A stretch of DNA of 51,867 nt from Nitrospira japonica. GTDB taxonomy: Bacteria; Nitrospirota; Thermodesulfovibrionia; Thermodesulfovibrionales; SM23-35. The position numbers and the translations under genes were made by a program. The notes below the pieces were generated by a model. That model made no database searches and was not told the DNA's origin. It saw nothing but the letters and a program-made list of their open reading frames with translations. Of the stretch, positions 1 through 9,802 are shown one piece after another; positions within the stretch are counted from its first letter, which is position 1, and every line of letters begins with the position of its first letter. The stretch is taken from the NCBI GenBank assembly GCA_020725385.1, contig DYFC01000026.1, forward strand, positions 1 through 51,867. The letters are read 5' to 3'.

Positions 1-100
1 GCATATCTGTCTTCCGCTCAAGATGAGAGGGATCTGTATGGTGATATTCCCCTCTATCAAGAGGGGATAAAGGGGTGTGTTGTTTGATGGCAAGGATTTG
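1..100. repeat. 100-bp direct repeat, copy 1 (runs off the window start)
   Basis: Identical to 763..862 except one mismatch (G31 vs T793); contains the hairpin TTCCCCTCTATCAAGAGGGGA. Confidence 0.95.
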
Positions 101-128
101 GTCGACGATAGGTGATGAAAGGCTCCTG
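1..128 (-). pseudogene. Fragment of a Type IIG (Eco57I/TaqI-like) R-M enzyme C-terminal tail
   Basis: Minus strand reads QEPFIT-(1-nt shift)-IVDQILAIKQ..., resembling the QQPFIxLVDQIL tail motif; no start codon. Confidence 0.6.
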
Positions 129-130
129 AT

Positions 131-394
131 TCATACCTTATAAACTTCTTTGCGATGTTTGATAGCATAAATAGTAATAATCCTTGATGAATGTTCAAAG
201 GAATATATTACCCTCCGGTCGCCAACTCTGAGTTTATATTTGCCTTTAAATTTTCCCTTGAGTGGAGCATGAATCATATATTCAATACTTTGTGAAAGCC
301 ACTCTATTTTATTTGAAACTTGCTGGGCAATGGATTTATCAAGACGGGCGAGATCTTCTTCAGCCTGAAGCGTAAACTGAACTAAGTATGTCAT
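131..394 (-). CDS. relE: RelE/ParE-family type II toxin
   Basis: About 87 aa with YKLRVGDRRVIY and HRKEVY; ATG overlaps the antitoxin stop (TGATG). Confidence 0.88.
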   Translation of the reverse strand: MTYLVQFTLQAEEDLARLDKSIAQQVSNKIEWLSQSIEYMIHAPLKGKFKGKYKLRVGDRRVIYSFEHSSRIITIYAIKHRKEVYKV

Positions 395-591
395 CAACTC
401 AACCCAAGTTTTTTCTTAACATCTTCAAAAGGTATTCTTTCTTTAGAGGCAATGGATATTTCAAGTGCCCGAACAAAATCTTCTCTTAACTCAAGTCCAA
501 GGTCAGGGTCAATAAGTTCTTTGAACTTTTCTTCAATGGTTTTACTTATTAATTCTTTTAACTCATCTGTAGTTAGATCAGCTACTTTCAT
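394..591 (-). CDS. Putative antitoxin of the RelE module
   Basis: 65-aa acidic protein directly upstream of and coupled to relE; AGGAGG SD; ends IPFEDVKKKLGL. Confidence 0.8.
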   Translation of the reverse strand: MKVADLTTDELKELISKTIEEKFKELIDPDLGLELREDFVRALEISIASKERIPFEDVKKKLGLS

Positions 592-616
592 GGTTATACC
601 TCCTGTTTAAAATATT

Positions 617-658
617 TTACCCTTTCCCGTCCACAATCTCAATCTCCTCATCTGTCAG
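617..658 (-). pseudogene. Short Type IIG R-M C-terminal tail remnant
   Basis: Translates LTDEEIEIVDGKG*. Confidence 0.55.
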
Positions 659-661
659 GGA

Positions 662-688
662 GTAGGGGCAATTCATGAATTGCCCCTA
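662..688. repeat. GTAG-family REP palindrome
   Basis: GTAGGGGCAATTCATGAATTGCCCCTA; perfect palindrome 663..688 beginning with GTAG. Confidence 0.85.
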
Positions 689-700
689 TATTAATGATCG

Positions 701-862
701 TCATTTTTTTTCTTCAACAATTTCTATTTCTTCTTCGGTTAATCCATACAACCGATATGCCAGCATATCTGTCTTCCGCTCAAGATGAGAGGTATCTGTA
801 TGGTGATATTCCCCTCTATCAAGAGGGGATAAAGGGGTGTGTTGTTTGATGGCAAGGATTTG
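701..862 (-). pseudogene. Type IIG R-M enzyme C-terminal tail fragment
   Basis: Translates QILAIKQHTPLSPLDRGEYHHTDTSHLERKTDMLAYRLYGLTEEEIEIVEEKK*; LYGLTEEEIxIVE is the typical terminus of these enzymes. Confidence 0.72.
763..862. repeat. 100-bp direct repeat, copy 2
   Basis: 99/100 identical to 1..100. Confidence 0.95.
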
Positions 863-1165
863 TTATATATAATTTTCATCCAGTTCCCACTGTAGAGGAT
901 TGTCTATAATGTATTCTCTAATTTCGATTAATTCTTTTTCATTGCGGATAATATGTTCGTAATAATTTCGTTGCCAGATAGGTATTCTATGCGCATATCT
1001 CAATTGATTGATTTGTTTTGTGGTGGTGGATTTAAATAACCGGATAATCGTGGGGATTGAATTATGGGTTGGTTTACCGAATTGTTCAATTGGCGTTTCA
1101 TTTTTCCCCGTAGGGACACGTTGCGACGTGCCCCTACAATAATTGGATATAATTAATATTCCGTA
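863..1165 (-). pseudogene. Truncated REP-associated tyrosine transposase (RAYT, Y1/IS200-like), C-terminal half
   Basis: Frame reads GILII...EQFGKPTHNSIPTIIRLFKSTTTKQIN...IWQRNYYEHIIRNEKELIEIREYIIDNPLQWELD*; the N-terminal half including the HUH histidines is missing. Confidence 0.85.
1110..1137. repeat. GTAG-family REP palindrome embedded in the RAYT reading frame
   Basis: GTAGGGACACGTTGCGACGTGCCCCTAC; GTAG at both 5' ends. Confidence 0.85.
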
Positions 1166-1236
1166 CTTTTTTGAATTAACTCTATTAACCTTTTCTTTAA
1201 ATTCGCTGCTCCTGTATTGGTTATAAAGTTTTTCAT
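1153..1236 (-). pseudogene. N-terminal stub, possibly of a PLD-nuclease/helicase (R-M associated) gene
   Basis: 27-aa ORF MKNFITNTGAANLKKRLIELIQKSTEY*; resembles from memory the start of PLD-helicase proteins; breaks off at the RAYT junction. Confidence 0.45.
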
Positions 1237-1407
1237 GTTCTTATTATTTTTATTTAATCTAAAAAATGCAATTGAAAAAAACTAAAAAGCCATCATGGTT
1301 GCAGACAATAATTAGCAAAAGAGGTAAGAGTATAGACCTAACGGGTTAATAAGTCTGCAAGTTAAATGTCTTGATTTATATGAAGTTATTCGTTATGCTT
1401 TTTGATT

Positions 1408-3006
1408 ATGATTATCGAGAAAACAGATTTTCTTATTATAGGAAGTGGTGTTGCTGGATTGAGAGCTGCTATTGAGCTTGCTCCATATGGAGAGGTAATA
1501 GTAGTCACAAAAGACAGACCTGCTGAAAGCAGCACAGAATATGCTCAGGGTGGAATCGCAGTTGCATTAAGTGATGAAGATGAGGTTGGGATACATTATG
1601 AAGATACACTACGGGCAGGAGATGGTCTCTGCAATGAAGAGGCTGTAAAAATACTTGTTGGTGAAGGTCCTGAGAGGATAAAAGAGCTTATTTCATGGGG
1701 CGCAGAATTTGATAAAGAAGGCTTAAAACTCGACTTCACAATGGAGGCTGCCCATTCAAGAAAAAGAGTGCTTCATGCTCACGGTGACGCAACCGGGAAA
1801 GAATTAGAAAGAGTTTTGTTAAATAAAGTGCGGACATTTTCTTCCATAGAAAAATATCCATATGCATTTACAAAGGACCTTATAATTCAGGATGGAAAAT
1901 GTTATGGAGCATATGTTCTCGCAGGAGGACAGATGGTTGCTCTTATTGCAAAAGCTACAATTCTAACTACAGGTGGAGCAGGGCAGATTTTTGCGAGGAC
2001 TACGAATCCTGCTGTGTCAACTGGCGATGGAATGGCTATAGCTTTTAGAGCAGGAGCTGTGCTTGGAGATCTTGAATTCGTTCAATTCCATCCAACAGTT
2101 CTTTATGCTCCTTCAGCCCCACAGTTTCTTTTGAGTGAAGCAATGAGGGGTGAAGGAGCTTTATTGAGGAATATTAATAGAGAATTGTTTATGAAAGAAT
2201 ATCATCCCGATGCAGAGCTCGCACCGAGAGATGTTGTGTCAAGGGCAATAATTTCACAAATGGTTCGTACAAATAGCAATCATGTTTATCTTGACCTTAC
2301 CCATCTTGATAGTGATTTTGTAAAACATAGATTCCCGCGGATATATGCAACATGCCTTCAATATGATGTTGATGTTACAAAAGAGCTTGTTCCTGTATCT
2401 CCTGCTGCTCACTATATTATGGGAGGTGTAAAAACAGATATAAACGGAGCAACAAGCATAAAAGGACTTTTTGCTGCAGGAGAGGTTGCATGCACAGGTG
2501 TTCATGGCGCAAATAGACTTGCTTCAAACAGCCTGCTTGAAGGGCTTGTTTATGGTGCAAGAGCTGGTGTTTCTGCAAGAGAATATGGACTGGAAGCAAG
2601 AATAAATGGAATTGAAGTAGAAGCATTAAATATTAATGAGTCTAAATATATAAAAAGACGTTCACATGATATTACGAGATTTGATATTGAAGAAATCAGG
2701 CATTCTCTAAGAAAATTAATGTGGGAAAAGGTAGGTATAATTCGATGTGCAGATTCTCTTACTGAAGCAAAGAAAAAACTTGACAAATGGTCCTTTATAC
2801 TTAAAGAAGAATTCAATACAAGAAGAGAGCTTGAACTTCAGAACATGATACAATTAGCCCAATTAATAAATTCTGCCGCTATTTTAAGAAAAAACAGTGT
2901 TGGTGCACATTATCGTTCTGATATACCTTTTAAAGCTGAGGGGTGGCAAAAACATATAATATTCAGAAAACAAAAAGAAGAGGTTGTTTATGATTTTATC
3001 TCATGA
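1408..3006 (+). CDS. nadB: L-aspartate oxidase
   Basis: GSGVAGL FAD motif, YAQGGIA, EFVQFHPT, HYIMGG, GVHGANRLASNSLLEG; ATG 1408 preferred over TTG 1402. Confidence 0.95.
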   Translation: MIIEKTDFLIIGSGVAGLRAAIELAPYGEVIVVTKDRPAESSTEYAQGGIAVALSDEDEVGIHYEDTLRAGDGLCNEEAVKILVGEGPERIKELISWGAEFDKEGLKLDFTMEAAHSRKRVLHAHGDATGKELERVLLNKVRTFSSIEKYPYAFTKDLIIQDGKCYGAYVLAGGQMVALIAKATILTTGGAGQIFARTTNPAVSTGDGMAIAFRAGAVLGDLEFVQFHPTVLYAPSAPQFLLSEAMRGEGALLRNINRELFMKEYHPDAELAPRDVVSRAIISQMVRTNSNHVYLDLTHLDSDFVKHRFPRIYATCLQYDVDVTKELVPVSPAAHYIMGGVKTDINGATSIKGLFAAGEVACTGVHGANRLASNSLLEGLVYGARAGVSAREYGLEARINGIEVEALNINESKYIKRRSHDITRFDIEEIRHSLRKLMWEKVGIIRCADSLTEAKKKLDKWSFILKEEFNTRRELELQNMIQLAQLINSAAILRKNSVGAHYRSDIPFKAEGWQKHIIFRKQKEEVVYDFIS

Positions 3007-4417
3007 TTTAGGACGTAGAAAAGCAAAAATTGTTTGCACAATTGGCCCTGCCTCATCGAGCAGGGAACTACTTGATTTACTTGTAAAAAACGGTATGAAT
3101 ATTGCTAGATTGAATTTTTCACACGGAGATTATGAAACCCATAAAAAGAGATTTAAGTTAATCAGGGAAATATCAACCCAACTGAAAATCCCTGTTGCGA
3201 TACTACAAGACCTTCAAGGAGTTAAAATAAGAGTTGGTCAAATGGAAGGTGGTGCGGTTGAGCTTAAAAAAGGTAGAACAATTCTATTAAGTCCGGGTGA
3301 AGGAATCGGGAATCAGAATGAGATATTTATTTCATATCCTTTATTGTCAAAAGAGGTAAAAATTGGAGATAAAATTTTACTCGATGACGGATTGATCCAG
3401 CTTAGGGTAATAGATAAGAAAAAAAACTCTCTTAAGGCAAAAGTAATAGAAGCCGGGATTCTTAAAGACAGAAAAGGTGTAAACCTTCCGGGCATAAAAC
3501 TCTCGGTCAGGTCATTTACTGAAAAAGACGAGCATGATCTTCTTTTTGGTATTAAAATGGGAATTGATTATGTGGCAATTTCTTTTGTAAGAGAAGCAGA
3601 GGATATAATAAAAGTTAAAGAATGGCTTAAAAAGAGAAGAAAATACCTGCCTATAATTGCAAAAATAGAAAAACCCGAAGCTTTATCCAATATCGATTCA
3701 ATATTATCGGAAGTTGAAGGGATAATGATAGCGAGAGGCGATTTAGGTGTTGAAATATCTCCAGAAGAAGTTCCGTTAATTCAAAAAAGTTTAATCCTCA
3801 AAGCAAATCAAAAAGGTAAGATAGTAATAACCGCAACACAAATGCTTGAATCAATGACAGAACACTTAAGACCGACGAGAGCTGAAACCACAGATGTTGC
3901 AAATGCAGTTCTTGATGGAACCGATGCTCTTATGCTTTCTGCAGAAACTGCAGCAGGTAAATATCCTGTTGAAGCGCTAAAAATGATGGATAGAATCATT
4001 AGACATACAGAATATTTAAAAAGTGTGGAATCTTCTTTTTTGAGAAGAGATATTTTTGTTGAAGCTGCTGCAGATGCTGCATGCAGGGCTGCTGAAGACA
4101 TAAATGCAAAGGTTCTGGTTGCATTCACACAATCCGGATTTACAGCAATGCTTATTTCGAAATTAAGACCAAAAGTGCCTGTTATTGCAATGACCCCTGA
4201 TGAAAAAATAATGAGGCGGGTAAACCTTTATTGGGGAATAAAACCCATGATAATGAAGCTTCCTTCAACAACCGATGAAATGATAAAAGGGATAGAAAAA
4301 GTATTGCTAACTGAAAAGATAGTTAAAAAAGGAGATAACATTGTCATTACCTCAAGTTCTCCATTGTCCACCCGGGGTAAAACTAACTTCATGAAACTTC
4401 ACAAAATCGGCGAATAA
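2990..4417 (+). CDS. pyk: Pyruvate kinase
   Basis: KIVCTIGPA, ARLNFSHG, DLQG, MIARGDLG, ATQMLESM, DALMLSAET. Confidence 0.96.
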   Translation: MILSHDLGRRKAKIVCTIGPASSSRELLDLLVKNGMNIARLNFSHGDYETHKKRFKLIREISTQLKIPVAILQDLQGVKIRVGQMEGGAVELKKGRTILLSPGEGIGNQNEIFISYPLLSKEVKIGDKILLDDGLIQLRVIDKKKNSLKAKVIEAGILKDRKGVNLPGIKLSVRSFTEKDEHDLLFGIKMGIDYVAISFVREAEDIIKVKEWLKKRRKYLPIIAKIEKPEALSNIDSILSEVEGIMIARGDLGVEISPEEVPLIQKSLILKANQKGKIVITATQMLESMTEHLRPTRAETTDVANAVLDGTDALMLSAETAAGKYPVEALKMMDRIIRHTEYLKSVESSFLRRDIFVEAAADAACRAAEDINAKVLVAFTQSGFTAMLISKLRPKVPVIAMTPDEKIMRRVNLYWGIKPMIMKLPSTTDEMIKGIEKVLLTEKIVKKGDNIVITSSSPLSTRGKTNFMKLHKIGE

Positions 4418-4647
4418 ACATAGGTACGTTAAAATCCCGCCACTCGAAATGATGTTTCCGCGACAAAGCCTGCAGGTTAGAGTGTGACGGTTAAAACAAT
4501 TTTTTTGAATAGAATCCCGGATAAATAAATTTGGAGAAATATTTGTTAAAATAATTTTATTAAATAAAATTAATCGTGTATGATGGGGGAAGGTGTTGAG
4601 AATCATTTAAGCTTCATTTATGGCTTAGTCAAAATCCGGTATTAAAT

Positions 4648-7600
4648 ATGGATAAAGAAGAGAGATATAGAATTGATAACTGCTGTAATAAATTTTACGA
4701 GTTAGAAAATTATTTCAATTTGAGTCTTGATCTTCTGTGCATAGCCGATACAGATGGTTATTTCCGCAAGCTTAATCCGGAATGGGAGAAAGTCCTCGGA
4801 TATAATTTAAACGAACTCGAAAATCGAAAGTTTATTGATTTTGTACATCCGGATGATATTGAATCAACTCTTAAAGCTCTTTCGCAACTCGGCCAGAAAA
4901 TTGATGTCCTGAACTTCAGAAACCGTTATCGTTGTAAAAACGGTTCATATCGATGGATAGAATGGCGTTCAACTACTTCTAAGGAAGGTTTAATATATGC
5001 TGTTGCAAGAGATATTACCGAAAAGATAAAAACTGAAGAGAGATTACAAAAAAGCGAAGAAAGATATAGAAAAATTACCTCGGCCATAACAGATTATATT
5101 TATACAGTTTATTTGAAAAATGGAGAAGTAATAAAAACTATTCATGGCCCGGGATGTATTGCTGTAACAGGTTATTCAGAAGAGGAATTTGAACAGGATT
5201 CTTATCTATGGATTAAGATTGTTCATCCTGATGACCGGCCTATCGTTGAAAAACATGCTAATAATCTTGCAAAAGGAATAGAATCTGCACCAATAGAACA
5301 TCGCATATTTCATAAGAACGGCGAAATACGCTGGGTTCAAAATACCCCTGTCCTACATTATGATGAAGAAGGGAATTTAATAAGCTATGACGGGCTTATT
5401 AGGGATATTACAGATCGCAAGATAGCAGAAGTAGCACTCAAGGAACGTGAAGAGAGATTGCAAAGTATTTTTAAAGTTGCGCCAATTGGTATAGGTATAG
5501 TAGTAAACAGAGTTTTTATAGATATAAATCAATGTATTTGCGATATGACCGGTTATTCAAAAGAAGAACTTATCGGTAAAAGCGCGAGAATACTTTATCC
5601 TTCTCAGGAAGAGTTTGAGTATGTAGGAACCGAAAAATACCGGCAGATTGCTGAAAAAGGTACAGGATTTGTTGAGACAAAGTGGATTAAAAAAGATGGA
5701 ACTATCTTTGACGTACTTCTTGCTTCTACTCCGATTGATGTTAATGATCTAAAAAAAGGGGTAACATTTACTGCTCTTGATATAACCGAACGTAAAAAGA
5801 ATGAGGAAGCAATAAAAAAAGAAAAACAATTCACCGAACTAATTCTCGAAAGTTTGCCGGGTCTTTTTTATCTATATGAGCTTAACAAAGAATTTCCTGA
5901 AGAAAGTCATCTTGTACGGTTTAATAAAAAACATTCTACTTTAACCGGGTATTCTCCCCGGGAACTTTATGGCATGAAGATTAAAGATTGGTTTGAACCT
6001 GAAGTTCTTAAAGAAGCAATAAAGGCTATTAAAACAGTCGCAATCCAAGGTGAAGCTCAAATAAATTTAAATCTTAAAATCAAGGATGGTTCTATAATTC
6101 CTTATGCCTTCACTGGAAGATTACTTCAGATAGATGACAAAATGTATTTTTTTGGCATGGGACTCGATATATCAGATTTTGTCAATGCACAGAAAGCACT
6201 TAAGGAATCCGAAGAAAAATACCGTCTTGTTGTTGAGAATGCAAATGATGCTATTTTCATTGTTCAGGACAGATTAATTAAGTTCCCAAATCGGAAATTA
6301 ATGGAAATTAGTGGATATACCGAGGAAGAATTAACCGGAATTCAATTTCAATATTTTATACATGAAGATGATAGAGAGATGGTAATTAGCAATCATATTA
6401 AAAGATTGGGTGGTCTTGAAGTACCGCCTGTATATTCTTTCAGGGTGATTAAAAAAACCGGTGAAGTGAAATGGGTTGAGATTAGCGCAGTGCTCATAAC
6501 ATGGGAAGATAACCCTGCTACACTTAATTTTTTAAGAGATATAACTTTTCAGAAAAAACTTGAAGAGCAACTCTTACATGCACAGAAGCTGGAAGCTATT
6601 GGAACCCTTGCAGGAGGCATTGCGCATAATTTCAATAATCTTTTAATGGGAATACTCGGACATACATCTCTGATGCTTCTAAGAACAGATGAACATCATC
6701 CTTTCTATAAAAAGCTTAAGATAATAGAAAAACTGGTAGAGAGTGGGTCCGAGTTGACCAAACAATTGCTCGGTTTTGCAAGAAAAGGTAAATATGAAAC
6801 AAAGCCAATTGATATCAATGAACTTATTATTGAAACCTCAGAAATGTTTATCAGCACAAAAAAAGAAATTACCCTTCAAAGAAATCTTCAGAAAAATCTT
6901 TATATTGTAGAGGCAGATAGAGGACAGCTCGAGCAGGTTTTAATAAATCTTTACTTGAATGCATGGCAGGCAATGCCATCCGGCGGGAATTTATATATTG
7001 AAACACAGAATGCATTTTTTGATGAAAATGAAAGTCGTGGTTACGATTTAAGTCCCGGAAGATATGTAAAGATAAATATTACTGATACAGGGGTTGGAAT
7101 GGATGAAGATACACTTAAGAGAATTTTTGAACCTTTTTTTACAACTAAAGGACTTAGTGAAGGGACAGGACTCGGGCTTGCTTCTGCATATGGAATAATT
7201 AAAAATCACGGAGGGACAATAAAAGTTTATAGTGAAAAAGGTTATGGAACAACATTTACAATATATCTTCCTTCATTAGAAATAAATCTTTTGAAAGAGC
7301 ATAGTATTGTTGATTTAAAACCTTTTAAAGGAGATGAGACTATTCTTATAATTGATGACGAAGAAGTAAATACCGAAGCTGTAAAAGAACTCCTTAGTAC
7401 TCTCGGGTATAAAGTATTAACAGCAAAAAGCGGCAAAGAAGCTATTAAAAAATATAAAGAAAATTTTCAGGAAATACAGATTATAATCCTTGATTTGATA
7501 ATGCCCGATATGAGCGGTAGAGAGACTCTTGAGAAACTAATGGAGATCAATAAAGATATAAAGGTTCTTCTTTCAAGCGGTTATAGCATGAATGGCGAGG

Positions 7601-7698
7601 CATCAAATTTACTCAAGCTGGGTTGTAAAGGTTTTATCCAGAAACCTTTCAGAGTAGAGGAACTAACAAGAAAAATAAGGGAAATATTAGATGAATAG
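4648..7698 (+). CDS. Hybrid sensor histidine kinase with about 5 PAS/PAC domains, HisKA/HATPase and a receiver
   Basis: Repeated VHPDD/RDITE PAS-PAC motifs, [12 protein letters not shown]-box, [14 protein letters not shown], receiver DD...DLIMP...KP. Confidence 0.93.
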   Translation: MDKEERYRIDNCCNKFYELENYFNLSLDLLCIADTDGYFRKLNPEWEKVLGYNLNELENRKFIDFVHPDDIESTLKALSQLGQKIDVLNFRNRYRCKNGSYRWIEWRSTTSKEGLIYAVARDITEKIKTEERLQKSEERYRKITSAITDYIYTVYLKNGEVIKTIHGPGCIAVTGYSEEEFEQDSYLWIKIVHPDDRPIVEKHANNLAKGIESAPIEHRIFHKNGEIRWVQNTPVLHYDEEGNLISYDGLIRDITDRKIAEVALKEREERLQSIFKVAPIGIGIVVNRVFIDINQCICDMTGYSKEELIGKSARILYPSQEEFEYVGTEKYRQIAEKGTGFVETKWIKKDGTIFDVLLASTPIDVNDLKKGVTFTALDITERKKNEEAIKKEKQFTELILESLPGLFYLYELNKEFPEESHLVRFNKKHSTLTGYSPRELYGMKIKDWFEPEVLKEAIKAIKTVAIQGEAQINLNLKIKDGSIIPYAFTGRLLQIDDKMYFFGMGLDISDFVNAQKALKESEEKYRLVVENANDAIFIVQDRLIKFPNRKLMEISGYTEEELTGIQFQYFIHEDDREMVISNHIKRLGGLEVPPVYSFRVIKKTGEVKWVEISAVLITWEDNPATLNFLRDITFQKKLEEQLLHAQKLEAIGTLAGGIAHNFNNLLMGILGHTSLMLLRTDEHHPFYKKLKIIEKLVESGSELTKQLLGFARKGKYETKPIDINELIIETSEMFISTKKEITLQRNLQKNLYIVEADRGQLEQVLINLYLNAWQAMPSGGNLYIETQNAFFDENESRGYDLSPGRYVKINITDTGVGMDEDTLKRIFEPFFTTKGLSEGTGLGLASAYGIIKNHGGTIKVYSEKGYGTTFTIYLPSLEINLLKEHSIVDLKPFKGDETILIIDDEEVNTEAVKELLSTLGYKVLTAKSGKEAIKKYKENFQEIQIIILDLIMPDMSGRETLEKLMEINKDIKVLLSSGYSMNGEASNLLKLGCKGFIQKPFRVEELTRKIREILDE

Positions 7699-8607
7699 CT
7701 CTGTGCTTAAATAACGCTCGCCTGTGCTTGGCAATATTACAACAATCTTTTTGTTTTTATTTTCTTGCCGGTTTGCCACAGCAAGCGCTGCATATAATGC
7801 AGCACCTGATGAAATTCCACAAAGAATTCCCTCTGTTTTAGTTATAAAACGTGCTGCCTCAAATGCTTGTTCATTTGTTACATGGAAGACCTCATCTATT
7901 ATAGAGGTATTCAAAACAGGCGGAATAAATCCTGCGCCAATTCCCTGAATTTTATGCGGGCCCGGATTTCCACCAGAAAGCACAGGCGAATCAGCAGGTT
8001 CTACCGCAATTGATTTGAATGAAGGTTTTCTACTTTTTATGACTTCTGAAATTCCGGTAATTGTTCCCCCTGTTCCTACACCTGCAACAAGTATATCAAT
8101 ATCTCCATCCGTGTCTTTCCAGATTTCTTCTGCAGTAGTTTTTCTGTGGATTTCCGGATTTGCAGGATTGCTGAACTGATCAGGCATGTAAGCATTTTCT
8201 GTTTGTGAAAAGATTTCTTTTGCCTTATTTATTGCTCCTTTCATTCCTTCACTTGCAGGTGTAAGAATGAGTTCTGCTCCAAGATGTTTGAGAAGTTTCC
8301 TCCTTTCTATACTCATTGTTTCGGGCATCGTAAGGATTAGACGATATTTTTTAACCGCACACACAAAAGCAAGGGCAATCCCTGTGTTTCCACTTGTAGG
8401 TTCTATTATGATTGTATCCCTATTAATGAGTCCTTGTTCCTCTGCCGATTGAATCATGGCAAGACCAATACGGTCTTTAACACTGCCGAGAGGATTTCTC
8501 ATCTCAAGCTTTGCGAAAATAATTGCTTTCAGCTCTGATGCAATTTGATTCAATCTTACAAGTGGAGTTTCACCTATAGTTTGAGTTATATCATAGAATA
8601 TTTTCAT
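7687..8607 (-). CDS. cysK: Cysteine synthase A
   Basis: [12 protein letters not shown] lysine, [22 protein letters not shown]. Confidence 0.96.
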   Translation of the reverse strand: MKIFYDITQTIGETPLVRLNQIASELKAIIFAKLEMRNPLGSVKDRIGLAMIQSAEEQGLINRDTIIIEPTSGNTGIALAFVCAVKKYRLILTMPETMSIERRKLLKHLGAELILTPASEGMKGAINKAKEIFSQTENAYMPDQFSNPANPEIHRKTTAEEIWKDTDGDIDILVAGVGTGGTITGISEVIKSRKPSFKSIAVEPADSPVLSGGNPGPHKIQGIGAGFIPPVLNTSIIDEVFHVTNEQAFEAARFITKTEGILCGISSGAALYAALAVANRQENKNKKIVVILPSTGERYLSTELFI

Positions 8608-9584
8608 TTAAATATAAGCTCCGGTTTTTTCTGAAAAACCCTTGTATCAGGTGGAACAGATTCAGTCAACCAGGAATTCCCACCTATTACAGATCTTGCG
8701 CCAATTACAGTTTCTCCACCGAGAATTGTAACACCAGCATAGATGATTACATCATCCTCGATGGTGGGATGGCGTTTCTTATTTCTAAGTTCTTCAACAG
8801 CATCTTTTGGTAATGAAAGAGCTCCGAGAGTAACTCCCTGATAGAGCCTGACACGATTACCAATTACAGTAGTTTCCCCGATTACTACACCTGTACCATG
8901 GTCTATAAAAAAACTCTCCCCTATTTCAGCACCGGGATGAATATCAATTCCTGTTAAACTATGGGCGTATTCTGTCATGATACGGGGTATTAGCGAGACC
9001 TTTTGTTTATAAAGTTCGTGTGCTATACGATAAACAGTTATTGCAAAAAGTCCCGGATAACTGAATATAACCTCGTCATATGTTTTTGCAGCAGGATCAC
9101 CTTCATGTGCCGCACGAACATCTTTAGCGAGCATGTATCTAATTCTCGGGAGTTCTTTGATAAAATTTACAGTTATTTCCTGAGCTTTTTCTTCGCAATT
9201 GAAGCACGACATATTATGCCTTCTGCATTCGTGTCTTAATGCAAGTGTTATTTGTTCAGAGAGTGATTCAAATAAAGAGGTAACTTCCTGACCGAGATTA
9301 TAGCTCAAATTTACTTTATCAATTCTTAAATTGGAGAAATATCCTGGATATAGAATCCGGCATGTTGTGTAAATGATCTCAATAATCCTTTCTTTTGAAG
9401 GCAAAGGCTCGAGATCAACATGATCGAAGCATTCCCCGGTGTTGCAAGACTTGACAAGAATTTCTATAACACCGGGAAGTTCTTCCCGAAAATGTTTGGT
9501 TGTTTCTTTCTGTATTTTGCATTGATTTAATTTTTCATTGTCCAATTTAGATCCCCTTTGTATGTTTTTCTTAAATTCTATCAT
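8604..9584 (-). CDS. cysE: Serine O-acetyltransferase (EpsC-type)
   Basis: [33 protein letters not shown] hexapeptide repeats; coupled to cysK. Confidence 0.94.
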   Translation of the reverse strand: MIEFKKNIQRGSKLDNEKLNQCKIQKETTKHFREELPGVIEILVKSCNTGECFDHVDLEPLPSKERIIEIIYTTCRILYPGYFSNLRIDKVNLSYNLGQEVTSLFESLSEQITLALRHECRRHNMSCFNCEEKAQEITVNFIKELPRIRYMLAKDVRAAHEGDPAAKTYDEVIFSYPGLFAITVYRIAHELYKQKVSLIPRIMTEYAHSLTGIDIHPGAEIGESFFIDHGTGVVIGETTVIGNRVRLYQGVTLGALSLPKDAVEELRNKKRHPTIEDDVIIYAGVTILGGETVIGARSVIGGNSWLTESVPPDTRVFQKKPELIFK

Positions 9585-9802
9585 AAAATATAAAATCTGT
9601 TGTTCATAATTTTTTCATATTCCATTCTTTGTTTGTTCATAATTAAAAAGTAAAATTAATTTAATAATTGTGAGCAATCTTTCAATTCCTCCTTCTTGAT
9701 CGGGAATGAGGAGGTGAATATTAAAATTAAAATTTATTCCTCCTCAATCCCTGTTTTTAAAAGAAAAATTATTTTGTATATAAATACATGAAAGGAGTGT
9801 AG

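Noticed and set aside
9669-9686. Rex-like operator TTGTGAGCAATCTTTCAA
   Set aside because: Right half-site matches TTCACAA poorly
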